NCBI GenBank assembly: GCA_019745775.1
Contig: JAIESR010000020.1
Location: forward strand, 12,339-76,338
DNA length: 64,000 nt
Direction: 5' to 3'
DNA from: Xanthobacteraceae bacterium
GTDB taxonomy: Bacteria; Pseudomonadota; Alphaproteobacteria; Rhizobiales; Xanthobacteraceae
Of this stretch, positions 48,199-56,491 are shown one piece after another. A program made the translations under genes and the position numbers. The notes beneath the pieces were generated by a model. That model saw only the letters and a list, made by a program, of their open reading frames with translations, ran no database searches and was not told the DNA's origin. Position 1 is the stretch's first letter, and every line of letters begins with the position of its first letter.

Positions 48199-48489
48199 AT
48201 GAGCGGAATCGGGCGTTCGAGCGAGGGACTGGATGTGCGCCGCCGCAAGCTCCTGTTTCGGGCCTGGCACCGGGGGCTGCGCGAGGTCGACCTGATCCTG
48301 GGGCGCTTCGCCGACGAAAACGTGGAGCAACTGACCGAGGCCGACCTGAGCGAATTCGAGAACCTGATGAACGTGCCGGACGGCGAACTATTGGCGTGGC
48401 TGACCGGGGAGGCGGAGGTGCCGGCGCCCCATGATGGGCCGCTGTTCCGACGCCTGCGCGCGTTCAAGACCAGCCAGGGGAGCGCCTGA
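48199..48489 (+). CDS. sdhE: Succinate dehydrogenase assembly factor 2 (SdhE / DUF339)
   Basis: LLFRAWHRGLREVDLILGRF contains the RGxxE motif. 96 aa. The stop lies 2 nt before mfd. Confidence 0.85.
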   Translation: MSGIGRSSEGLDVRRRKLLFRAWHRGLREVDLILGRFADENVEQLTEADLSEFENLMNVPDGELLAWLTGEAEVPAPHDGPLFRRLRAFKTSQGSA

Positions 48490-48491
48490 CG

Positions 48492-51400
48492 ATGGCCAAA
48501 GCTTCCCTGCTCAAGTCTCCCGCCGAGCTGCTGGAGCCTGGACGTCCGCTGACGCTCGCCGGCGTCGCCGACGGCGCCGAAGGGCTCGTCGTCGCCGATC
48601 TGGCACGGGCGATCGCGGCCGGTCCGCGCCCGGCGGCGACCAGCGCCGTCGTGATTTGCCGGGACGGTCCGCGCATGGCGGCGCTGGCGCGGGCGCTTAC
48701 GTTCTTCGCGCCCGATATGGCGGTGCTCGAATTCCCGGCCTGGGATTGCCTACCCTACGACCGGGTGTCGCCGCACGCGGCCGTGGTGGCGCAGCGAATG
48801 ACCGCGCTGGCGCGGCTGTCACGCCTCAAGGGCCACGACCGGCCGTCGGTCCTGCTTACCACCGTCAATGCCGCACTCCAGCGCGTGCCGGCGCGCGAGG
48901 CGGTGGCGACGCAGTCGCTCTCCGTCGCCCCCGGTAACGTGCTCGACATGGAGAGCATCACGCGCTGGCTCGAGCTCAACGGCTTCACCCGCACCTCGAC
49001 GGTGCGTGAGCCGGGCGACTACGCCGTGCGCGGCGGCATCATCGATCTCTATGCGCCAGGGATGGCGGAGCCGGTGCGGTTCGATTTCTTCGGCGACCAG
49101 CTCGAGTCGATCCGCAGTTTCGATCCGGAGACCCAGCGCAGCACCGACCAGTTGCGCCAGCTCGACCTGGTGCCGGTCTCGGAATTCCAGCTCACCACCG
49201 AAACCATCCGCCGCTTCCGCCTCGGCTATGTGGAAACGTTCGGCGCCGCGACGCCAGACGATCTCCTTTATGAGGCGGTCAGCGAGGGCCGCCGCTATGC
49301 CGGCATGGAGCATTGGTTGCCGCTGTTCCATACGCGCATGGAGACGATCTTCGACTATGTGCCCGGCTCGCCGGTGGTGCTCGAGCCGCTCGACGAGGAC
49401 GCTGCGCGCGAGCGCCTCGACCAGATCAAGGATTACTACCAGGCCCGCGTCGAGGCGCTGGCGGCGCGCGACGGTGGCCCGCCATACCGGCCGCTGCCGC
49501 CCGATCGTCTCTATCTCCCGGACGCCGAATGGAAAGAGCGCCTGAGCGCCGCGGCGCTGGCGCGCCTGACGCCGTTCGACGTGCCGGAAGGCCAGGGCCG
49601 CGTCGTCGATGCCGGCACCAAGCAGGGGCATAATTTCGCGGCCGAGCGCGCCGAGGCCGGGCGCAACGTCTTCGAAGCCGTCACCAAGCACGTCTTCAGC
49701 CTGCAGTCGATGCGCAAGCGCGTGATCGTCGCGCTCTGGAGCGAGGGCGCGCGCGAGCGCATGAGCCATGTGCTCGCCGAGCACGGCCTCAACAACCTGA
49801 CGCATGTTGCGTCATGGCAGGAAGCACAGGCGCTGCTGCTGCCGCAGGTGGGGCTTGCCGTGCTTGGGCTCGAAAGCGGCTTCGAGACCGCGGATGCAGC
49901 GGTCGTCGGCGAGCAGGATATCCTGGGCGACCGGCTGGTGCGGCCGCGCCGCGCCTCACGGCGGCCGGAGAATTTCATCGCCGAGGCGACGAGCCTCGCC
50001 GCCGGCGATCTCGTGGTGCATGTCGACCACGGCATCGGACGCTTTGTGGGTCTGCGCGCCATCGAGGCGGCCGGCGCGCCGCACGACTGCCTCGAAATCC
50101 ACTACGCCGGCGGCGACAAGCTGTTCCTGCCGGTCGAGAACACGGAGCTGCTATCGCGCTACGGCTCGGAAGACACCCACGTCGATCTCGATCGTCTCGG
50201 GGGCGGCGCCTGGCAGGCGCGCAAGGCGCGGATGAAGAGCCGCATCCGTGAGATCGCCAACGAGCTGATCAAGGTCGCGGCCGAACGCCAGACCCGCGAG
50301 GCGTCGAAGCTCACGGTCGAGCTCGGGCCTTACGATGAATTCTGCGCCGGCTTCCCCTACGAGGAAACCGAAGACCAGCAGGCGGCGATCGACACCACTG
50401 TCAACGAGCTCGCCTCCGGCCGGCCGATGGACCGCCTGATCTGCGGCGATGTCGGCTTCGGCAAGACCGAGGTCGCGCTGCGCGCCGCCTTCGTGGCGGC
50501 GATGAACGGCAAGCAGGTCGCGGTGGTGGTGCCGACCACGCTGCTGGCCCGTCAGCATTTCAAGACGTTCACCGATCGCTTCCGGGGCTTCCCGGTGAAG
50601 ATCGGCCAGGCGTCGCGACTGGTGACCGGCAAGGAGCTCACCGCCGTCAAGAAGGGGATCGCCGACGGCTCGATCGACATCGTGATCGGCACCCATGCCT
50701 TGCTCGGCAAGTCAATCGCCTTCAAGGACCTCGGGCTCCTCATCGTCGATGAGGAGCAGCATTTCGGCGTCGCTCACAAAGAGAAGCTCAAGCAGTTGCG
50801 GGCCGAGGTTCATGTGCTGACGCTGACGGCGACGCCGATCCCGCGGACACTGCAATTGGCGTTGTCCGGCGTGAGGGACCTCTCGATCATCGCGTCGCCG
50901 CCGGTCGACCGGCTGGCGGTGCGCACCTTCGTTTCGCCGTTCGATCCGCTGGTGGTGCGCGAAGCGCTGCTGCGCGAGCGCTATCGCGGTGGGCAATGCT
51001 TCTATGTCTGTCCGCGCATCGAGGACTTGGCGGGCCAGCGCGAGTTCCTCGAGCGCCACGTGCCGGAAATGAAGGTCACGGTCGCGCACGGGCAGATGCC
51101 GTCGACCGTGCTCGACGACATCATGTCGGCGTTCTACGACGGCAAATACGACCTCCTGCTTTCGACCACGATCGTCGAATCCGGCCTCGACATCCCGAAC
51201 GCCAACACGTTGATCGTGCATCGCGCCGACCGCTTCGGGCTGTCGCAGCTTTACCAGCTGCGCGGCCGGGTCGGCCGCTCGAAGGTGCGCGCCTATTCGT
51301 TGTTCACGCTGCCGGCCGAGCGCAAGATCACGGTGCAGGCCGAGCAGCGGCTGAAGGTCCTGCAATCGCTCGACACGCTGGGCGCCGGATTCCAGCTCGC

Positions 51401-52010
51401 TTCGCACGATCTCGATCTGCGCGGCGCGGGAAACCTCCTGGGCGAAGAACAATCCGGCCACATCAAGGAAGTGGGCTTCGAGCTCTACCAGCAGATGCTC
51501 GAAGAGGCCGTGGCGAGCCTGAAGGCCGGCATCACCGCGCCGGTCGCCGACAAGTGGTCGCCGCAGATCACCATCGGCACGGCGGTCATGATCCCGGAGG
51601 ATTACGTGGCCGACCTCCCGGTGCGGCTCGCGCTCTACCGCCGACTGGGCGAGATCGAGGACGAACGCGAGATCGAAGCCTTCGGCGCCGAGATGGCCGA
51701 CCGCTTCGGGCCGCTGCCGATCGAGGTCGAGCACCTGTTGCAGATCGTCGCCATCAAGGCGCTCTGCCGGCAGGCCAACGTGGAAAAGATCGAAGCCGGC
51801 CCGAAGGGCGCGGTGGTCACGTTCCGCGACAACAGCTTCGCCAATCCGGAGCGGCTGATCAAATTCATCGGCGACGAAGGCGCGCGGGTGCGGCCCGACC
51901 AGAAGGTCGTGTTCTTCGACGATTGGGAGCAGGCGGAGGATCGCCTGCGCGGCACCAGGCAAATCCTCCGCAAGCTCGTCGAATTGGCGCAACCGGCGAA
52001 GGCGGCGTAG
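48492..52010 (+). CDS. mfd: Transcription-repair coupling factor
   Basis: 1172 aa with CGDVGFGKTEVA (Walker A), DEEQHFGV, TATPIPRT, the TRG-like region and the CarD-like segment GDLVVHVDHGIGRF. Confidence 0.97.
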   Translation: MAKASLLKSPAELLEPGRPLTLAGVADGAEGLVVADLARAIAAGPRPAATSAVVICRDGPRMAALARALTFFAPDMAVLEFPAWDCLPYDRVSPHAAVVAQRMTALARLSRLKGHDRPSVLLTTVNAALQRVPAREAVATQSLSVAPGNVLDMESITRWLELNGFTRTSTVREPGDYAVRGGIIDLYAPGMAEPVRFDFFGDQLESIRSFDPETQRSTDQLRQLDLVPVSEFQLTTETIRRFRLGYVETFGAATPDDLLYEAVSEGRRYAGMEHWLPLFHTRMETIFDYVPGSPVVLEPLDEDAARERLDQIKDYYQARVEALAARDGGPPYRPLPPDRLYLPDAEWKERLSAAALARLTPFDVPEGQGRVVDAGTKQGHNFAAERAEAGRNVFEAVTKHVFSLQSMRKRVIVALWSEGARERMSHVLAEHGLNNLTHVASWQEAQALLLPQVGLAVLGLESGFETADAAVVGEQDILGDRLVRPRRASRRPENFIAEATSLAAGDLVVHVDHGIGRFVGLRAIEAAGAPHDCLEIHYAGGDKLFLPVENTELLSRYGSEDTHVDLDRLGGGAWQARKARMKSRIREIANELIKVAAERQTREASKLTVELGPYDEFCAGFPYEETEDQQAAIDTTVNELASGRPMDRLICGDVGFGKTEVALRAAFVAAMNGKQVAVVVPTTLLARQHFKTFTDRFRGFPVKIGQASRLVTGKELTAVKKGIADGSIDIVIGTHALLGKSIAFKDLGLLIVDEEQHFGVAHKEKLKQLRAEVHVLTLTATPIPRTLQLALSGVRDLSIIASPPVDRLAVRTFVSPFDPLVVREALLRERYRGGQCFYVCPRIEDLAGQREFLERHVPEMKVTVAHGQMPSTVLDDIMSAFYDGKYDLLLSTTIVESGLDIPNANTLIVHRADRFGLSQLYQLRGRVGRSKVRAYSLFTLPAERKITVQAEQRLKVLQSLDTLGAGFQLASHDLDLRGAGNLLGEEQSGHIKEVGFELYQQMLEEAVASLKAGITAPVADKWSPQITIGTAVMIPEDYVADLPVRLALYRRLGEIEDEREIEAFGAEMADRFGPLPIEVEHLLQIVAIKALCRQANVEKIEAGPKGAVVTFRDNSFANPERLIKFIGDEGARVRPDQKVVFFDDWEQAEDRLRGTRQILRKLVELAQPAKAA

Positions 52011-52022
52011 TCGGTATTGCGT

Positions 52023-52155
52023 GCCCCGGACGCGGTGCAGCGCGTAAGCGGTGCACCGCTGATCCGGGGCCCCGGTTACTTTCGTCAATAAAACAAAAAC
52101 CGGGGTCCGGGTCTGCACAGCAGCACTATCGTGTTGCAATGCGCCCGGGACACGA
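52023..52155. repeat. Composite REP-type palindromic elements downstream of mfd
   Basis: Long hairpin gccccgga/gcggtgca...tgcaccgc/tccggggc (52023-52070), an AT-rich core, then ccgggtctgcacagcagc...gcgcccgggac (52101-52155). It yields spurious peptides of the SRAHCNTIVLLCRPGP type. Confidence 0.6.
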
Positions 52156-52173
52156 GGTGAGTATATGCCAGGC

Positions 52174-52704
52174 CTAATCCACCACCGCGAACGCCTGGAT
52201 TTCGATCAGCTGCTCGGGCTCGCCCAGTTCGAGCACGGCGATGTTGGTCGACGTGGGCACGTGCCGGAACGGCGCGAAATACGAATTGATCACCTTGCTC
52301 GCAACGCCGATGTCGCCCATCTGCGGCCGCGCCCGGAAGACAAAGATGTGCACGACGTCCTTGAACGAGGCGCCGGCGGCGTCGAGCGTCTCCTTGATGC
52401 CATCCATCGCGCGGCGGGTCTGCGTCTCGAGGCTCGGCGGCATGTATTTCAGAATGTCTTCGCGGCGGTGCGGATGGTCGTGATAGACCGGCAGCGAGGT
52501 CGTGCCGGCGAGCCAGAGGATTTTTCCGCTCTTGATCTTGATGCCGGGCACGAACGGCATGAAGAACGCCTTGTTGTAATTGGGGTGGTGGATGACCTCC
52601 ATGTGCTGGTTCGGTTGCGCCTGAGCGGTAAGCGGTATCAGGGCGGCTGCGAAACCGGCGATAGCAAAAGCAGTGAGCGTAGAGGCGATCCTTGCAGTGA
52701 TCAT
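52174..52704 (-). CDS. RidA/YjgF/TdcF-family protein with an N-terminal signal peptide
   Basis: Signal MITARIASTLTAFAIAGFAAALIPLTAQA. The C-terminus ...LIEIQAFAV fits the RidA family. Confidence 0.7.
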   Translation of the reverse strand: MITARIASTLTAFAIAGFAAALIPLTAQAQPNQHMEVIHHPNYNKAFFMPFVPGIKIKSGKILWLAGTTSLPVYHDHPHRREDILKYMPPSLETQTRRAMDGIKETLDAAGASFKDVVHIFVFRARPQMGDIGVASKVINSYFAPFRHVPTSTNIAVLELGEPEQLIEIQAFAVVD

Positions 52705-52833
52705 CGTTGGCTCCTGTCATGGGTAAAGGCCACGCCAGGATCATAGCGTCCAAGAGGGTGGCAGTCCGCGCGCAGAAATGCATGCGCAGCGCACGCATGC
52801 GCCGCGCGAATGCTGCCACGATCAGAGAGTTGG

Positions 52834-53484
52834 CTATTCCGCCGCGACCTGCTTGGCGAATTCACCCGCCGCCTGCTCGATCGCCTGCGCCAGATGTTCG
52901 GGCGGATGGGCGCCGTTGACCGCCAGCAGATTACCGAAGATGAAGAACGGCACGCCCTGGATGCCGGCCTCGTTGGCGGAGGCCGCTTCGGCCTCGATGC
53001 GCGCGACGTCCTCGTCGGTTGCCAGGCGACGCCGCACATCGTCTGCGTTGAGCCCGCACTCCGTCGCCGTTTTCACCAGCACCTCGGGATCGCTGAGATC
53101 GCCGCCCTCGCTGAAATAAACCTGCATCAACCGCTGCTTCATTTGCGCAGGCTCGCTCGCCCAGGCGATCAGGCGATGGCAGTCGATCGTATTAGGCTGC
53201 CGCTTGATCCTGTCGCGGGCGTAATCGAGGCCGGCCTTGGCGGCGATGTCGATGATGCGCTGGCTGTTGGCGTTGTAACGCTCGACCGACCCGAACTTGG
53301 TGACAAGATAATCCTCGCGGCTCATGCCCTCCCGCGGAACCCAGGGGTTGAGCAGATACGGCCGGAACCGCACCGCGACCGGGATCTCCGGCTTCAGTGC
53401 GATCGCCTGTTCCAGATAGCGCTTGCCCACATAGCACCAGGGGCAAACCACGTCGGATACGACATCGATCGGGAGCGGGGCCAT
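52834..53484 (-). CDS. DsbA-family (FrnE / 2-hydroxychromene-2-carboxylate isomerase-like) oxidoreductase
   Basis: IDVVSDVVCPWCYVGKRYLE (CPWC active site). ATG 53484 follows ggagga. Confidence 0.8.
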   Translation of the reverse strand: MAPLPIDVVSDVVCPWCYVGKRYLEQAIALKPEIPVAVRFRPYLLNPWVPREGMSREDYLVTKFGSVERYNANSQRIIDIAAKAGLDYARDRIKRQPNTIDCHRLIAWASEPAQMKQRLMQVYFSEGGDLSDPEVLVKTATECGLNADDVRRRLATDEDVARIEAEAASANEAGIQGVPFFIFGNLLAVNGAHPPEHLAQAIEQAAGEFAKQVAAE

Positions 53485-53521
53485 GATGGGTTCCTCCATT
53501 TCGAGGAACGTAGGCGTTCGG

Positions 53522-54778
53522 TCAGCCTGCGGCAAGCTTGGGATAGGTGCCGACGCGCGCCACCAGCGTGCTCAGGTTGTCGGTCGGTTTCAGCGTGGCG
53601 AGCGTCACCGTCGGCTTGATGGTGCGGCGGTCGAGGTCGGGCGACATCATGGTGTTGCGCAGGATGCCGGCGATACGGCGCGCCACCACATGGGCGTTAC
53701 GCAGATCGGTTTCCGTGAACGCGGCGATGATCGAGCCGTCCTGCTCGCGGCAGGCGAAGTCGATGTTGCGCATCAATCGGCTGAACAGGCGCGCGGCGTC
53801 GATCGAGCAGCGCGCGTCGTTGATGTCTTCGAACGAGAACCGCGCGACTGTCAGCGCGCCGCCGTCCTCTTCGGCCTGCTGCACGGCGCGGTCGAGATCG
53901 CGCCAGAACGCCTCGCGGCCAAGCAGGCCGGTCTCCGGGTCGACCATGCCCTCGGAGTCGAGCGATTTGAGCGTGCGCTGGAGCCGGCTCTCGAATGCCT
54001 GCAGACGCACGAACGGAATGAGGCGCTCCGCCAGCAGCACGGGATCGCTCTCGACCCGCACCAGATTGGCCAGGCGGTCGTCATCGACCGAGGCGCGGCC
54101 GAGCAATCCGACCGGGAGATCACGGAAACGGACATCCTCGCCGAGGACGGTCAGCAAGGCTTCGACCACGCGCGGGCTGAAGCCGTCGCCGATCGCGATG
54201 CCGTCGATCTCGCGCGCGTTGAGATAGCGCCCCGCTGTCTCGACGCTCATGGCGCCGATCAGGCCGACGCGTTCGGCGATCGCGGTCGTCAGCGCCGGAT
54301 AGTTGCGGCCACGTCCGATGCACAGCACGGTCGCGTGCGCGATCAGGTCGGTGAAGGGGACGTTGCGATTCTTCGCCGGCTCGACAGAGTGCGCGCGCCG
54401 GATAACGGCTGCATGTTGGCTGCGCACGCGCAACGCGGACTTGAGACAGGCAACCAACCGTTCCTCCGGCTCGCTCACCGCGATGGGCAGCGCGTAGGGG
54501 ATCGCAACCATGCCCGGCCCATCGACGCGGGCCAGGACCGGCATGAAAGGGCCGCCGCGGTTTTCGATGATCTTGAGCAGCGCTTTAAGATGTTGATCGG
54601 TGGGTTCGGGTGCGGTGTCGGCGATCAGCAGCGCGGCGGGCTGGATCTCGGTCACGGCGGCCGCCGCGTCGGCGAATTTGGTCTCGACGATGGGGAAGGC
54701 ACCGGCCCGACCGAGGATGTCGACCAAATCGGCCGCCGGGGCCTCGGCGACCACGACCATCGGACCTAGCATCGCCAT
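53522..54778 (-). CDS. REC-like / REC-like / degenerate GGDEF protein with a retained RxxD I-site (PleD/PopA-like architecture)
   Basis: The C-terminal domain aligns to GGDEF (DPETGLLGREAF...), but the signature is QDGSI instead of GG[DE]EF and the DxFKxxND/GH region is degenerate. RNID sits exactly 5 residues upstream (RNID-FACRE-QDGSI). Confidence 0.65.
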   Translation of the reverse strand: MAMLGPMVVVAEAPAADLVDILGRAGAFPIVETKFADAAAAVTEIQPAALLIADTAPEPTDQHLKALLKIIENRGGPFMPVLARVDGPGMVAIPYALPIAVSEPEERLVACLKSALRVRSQHAAVIRRAHSVEPAKNRNVPFTDLIAHATVLCIGRGRNYPALTTAIAERVGLIGAMSVETAGRYLNAREIDGIAIGDGFSPRVVEALLTVLGEDVRFRDLPVGLLGRASVDDDRLANLVRVESDPVLLAERLIPFVRLQAFESRLQRTLKSLDSEGMVDPETGLLGREAFWRDLDRAVQQAEEDGGALTVARFSFEDINDARCSIDAARLFSRLMRNIDFACREQDGSIIAAFTETDLRNAHVVARRIAGILRNTMMSPDLDRRTIKPTVTLATLKPTDNLSTLVARVGTYPKLAAG

Positions 54779-54894
54779 GAACGCTACGCGGCTGCAACTG
54801 ACAAAGGATCGCTGGACAGTAGGCGATTGCTGTTAACGGGTTGTGAAGCAGCCCGGATAGGGCGTCGAAGCGGCGTGCAATGCGCCTGCCGCCG

Positions 54895-56481
54895 TCAGGC
54901 TGCGGCCGTACCATCGTCGGCGGCGGATGCCGGCCGGCGCTCGCGGAAGGCATTGACCAGGAGCGGATTGGCGCCCCGGGCCGCGAGTGCGTCGCGGACG
55001 CCCACGGGATCGGCGGCGGAGCCTGCCAGCCGATGACCGGTCATGGCGTCGGGCAGCGCGGCGAGCGTGGCCGCCGGGTCGACATCGGCGAGGGCGTCCT
55101 GCAGGTCCCGCATCAGAAATCGGTAGCCGCCGATGCTCACCATGCCGGGTGGCGGTGCTGTGACCACCATCGGGGCGTTGCCCTGGTCGCTCCAGCAGGC
55201 AAAGCCGGTGTCGACAAAGCTGGTCAGTGCCACCCGGAGGTGGGGCAGCGTCGTCTGCTCGACACCGGGCGGGAAGGCGGCGCGCGGCACCATGGGGCCG
55301 CGCATGGCTACCGTGCCGTTGGCGGTGGCGCGCACCTCGCCGACGATGACGCCGCCCTTGCTGCCGCGCGGCACGGCCACCGGCCCGAACGGAACGACGC
55401 CGGCCCGGCCGCCGGGGCCGCGGCGGGCGGCGATGAGGCCGACCTCGCCAAAGACCTGGATATCGACCAAGTCGGTGGTGGTATCCCGCCACACCGGTGC
55501 ACGGGCCAGACGATCGGGCGCCGGCCAGACCGCGAGCACGCTGCTCAGGCCGTCGCCGACGGTCAACGCGCCGGCTTCGATCAATTGCGGGATCAGCGGA
55601 CCGGGCAACACGACCGCGTCGACCCCGATCGAACGCTGCTGCTTGGCGAAGCTGTCCGGATCGAACGGTTGATGTAGTGCGAGCGTGCCCCCGACCAGGA
55701 GCCAGGGCAGCAGCGCGGATGACAATCCCGCGAACGACGACATCGTCAGGGCGGTCAGGATCGTTGCGTCCTGGCGCAGCCGGCTCTCGAGCAGAACCGC
55801 GAGCCCTCCGGCCGCCAGTTCGCCATGGCTGCGGGCGACCGGGAGGGCGCCATCGGTGCCAACGTCCCAGGTGATCGCCGCGAGATGGGCGGCAGGACCC
55901 GGCGGATACGGGCGCTCTTCCGGCGGCGGCAGCGGATCGGCCGTTTCGGCCGTGAACAGGTCGTGGAGCGCAACCACGCCGTCGGGCACGTTCTGACCGA
56001 AGCTCAACACAAAGCGCAGATGGAAGGTCTCGACCGCGGCCCGCATGGCATCGTCATGCTGATCGTGGTCGCCGACGCGGCCGCTCACGATCAAGGCGTT
56101 GGCCCCGGCGGAACCGAGCGCGTGGGTGATCTCGGCCCGCCGCCAGAGCAAGGGCAGCGGCATCGCGATCATGCCGGCCCGCAGTACAGCCAGGAAGGTC
56201 AGCGCGTATTCGACGGTGTTGGCGATCTGCATTCCGACGACCGCGTCCGGGCGCAATCCGATCCGGCGCAGCCGGCCGGCGATGGCCGATATCACATGGT
56301 CGGCCTGCGCATAGGTGAGCGTGCGCGGCGGGAAGTCGGTGAAATGCTCGCGGTTCGGCGCATCGATCAGCGCGACAGTATCGGGCTGGCGCTCGGCGGC
56401 GCGGCGAAACAGGTCGTCGAGGGTCGCACGGCCGCCGACGCCCGCGCCGGCCGACCTGCTGTTGGGGTCTCCGAGGATCAC
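54895..56481 (-). CDS. Divergent ANL-superfamily (AMP-binding-like) protein with degenerate catalytic motifs
   Basis: The N-terminal region is typical of acyl-CoA synthetases (LDDLFRRAAERQPDTVALID...TYAQAD...). The P-loop position reads TWDVGTDGALPV, TGD reads TGF and the GRxxD region is absent. GTG start lies 4 nt after GGAAGG and 10 nt after the SBP stop. Confidence 0.6.
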   Translation of the reverse strand: MILGDPNSRSAGAGVGGRATLDDLFRRAAERQPDTVALIDAPNREHFTDFPPRTLTYAQADHVISAIAGRLRRIGLRPDAVVGMQIANTVEYALTFLAVLRAGMIAMPLPLLWRRAEITHALGSAGANALIVSGRVGDHDQHDDAMRAAVETFHLRFVLSFGQNVPDGVVALHDLFTAETADPLPPPEERPYPPGPAAHLAAITWDVGTDGALPVARSHGELAAGGLAVLLESRLRQDATILTALTMSSFAGLSSALLPWLLVGGTLALHQPFDPDSFAKQQRSIGVDAVVLPGPLIPQLIEAGALTVGDGLSSVLAVWPAPDRLARAPVWRDTTTDLVDIQVFGEVGLIAARRGPGGRAGVVPFGPVAVPRGSKGGVIVGEVRATANGTVAMRGPMVPRAAFPPGVEQTTLPHLRVALTSFVDTGFACWSDQGNAPMVVTAPPPGMVSIGGYRFLMRDLQDALADVDPAATLAALPDAMTGHRLAGSAADPVGVRDALAARGANPLLVNAFRERRPASAADDGTAAA

Positions 56482-56491
56482 GTTGCCTTCC

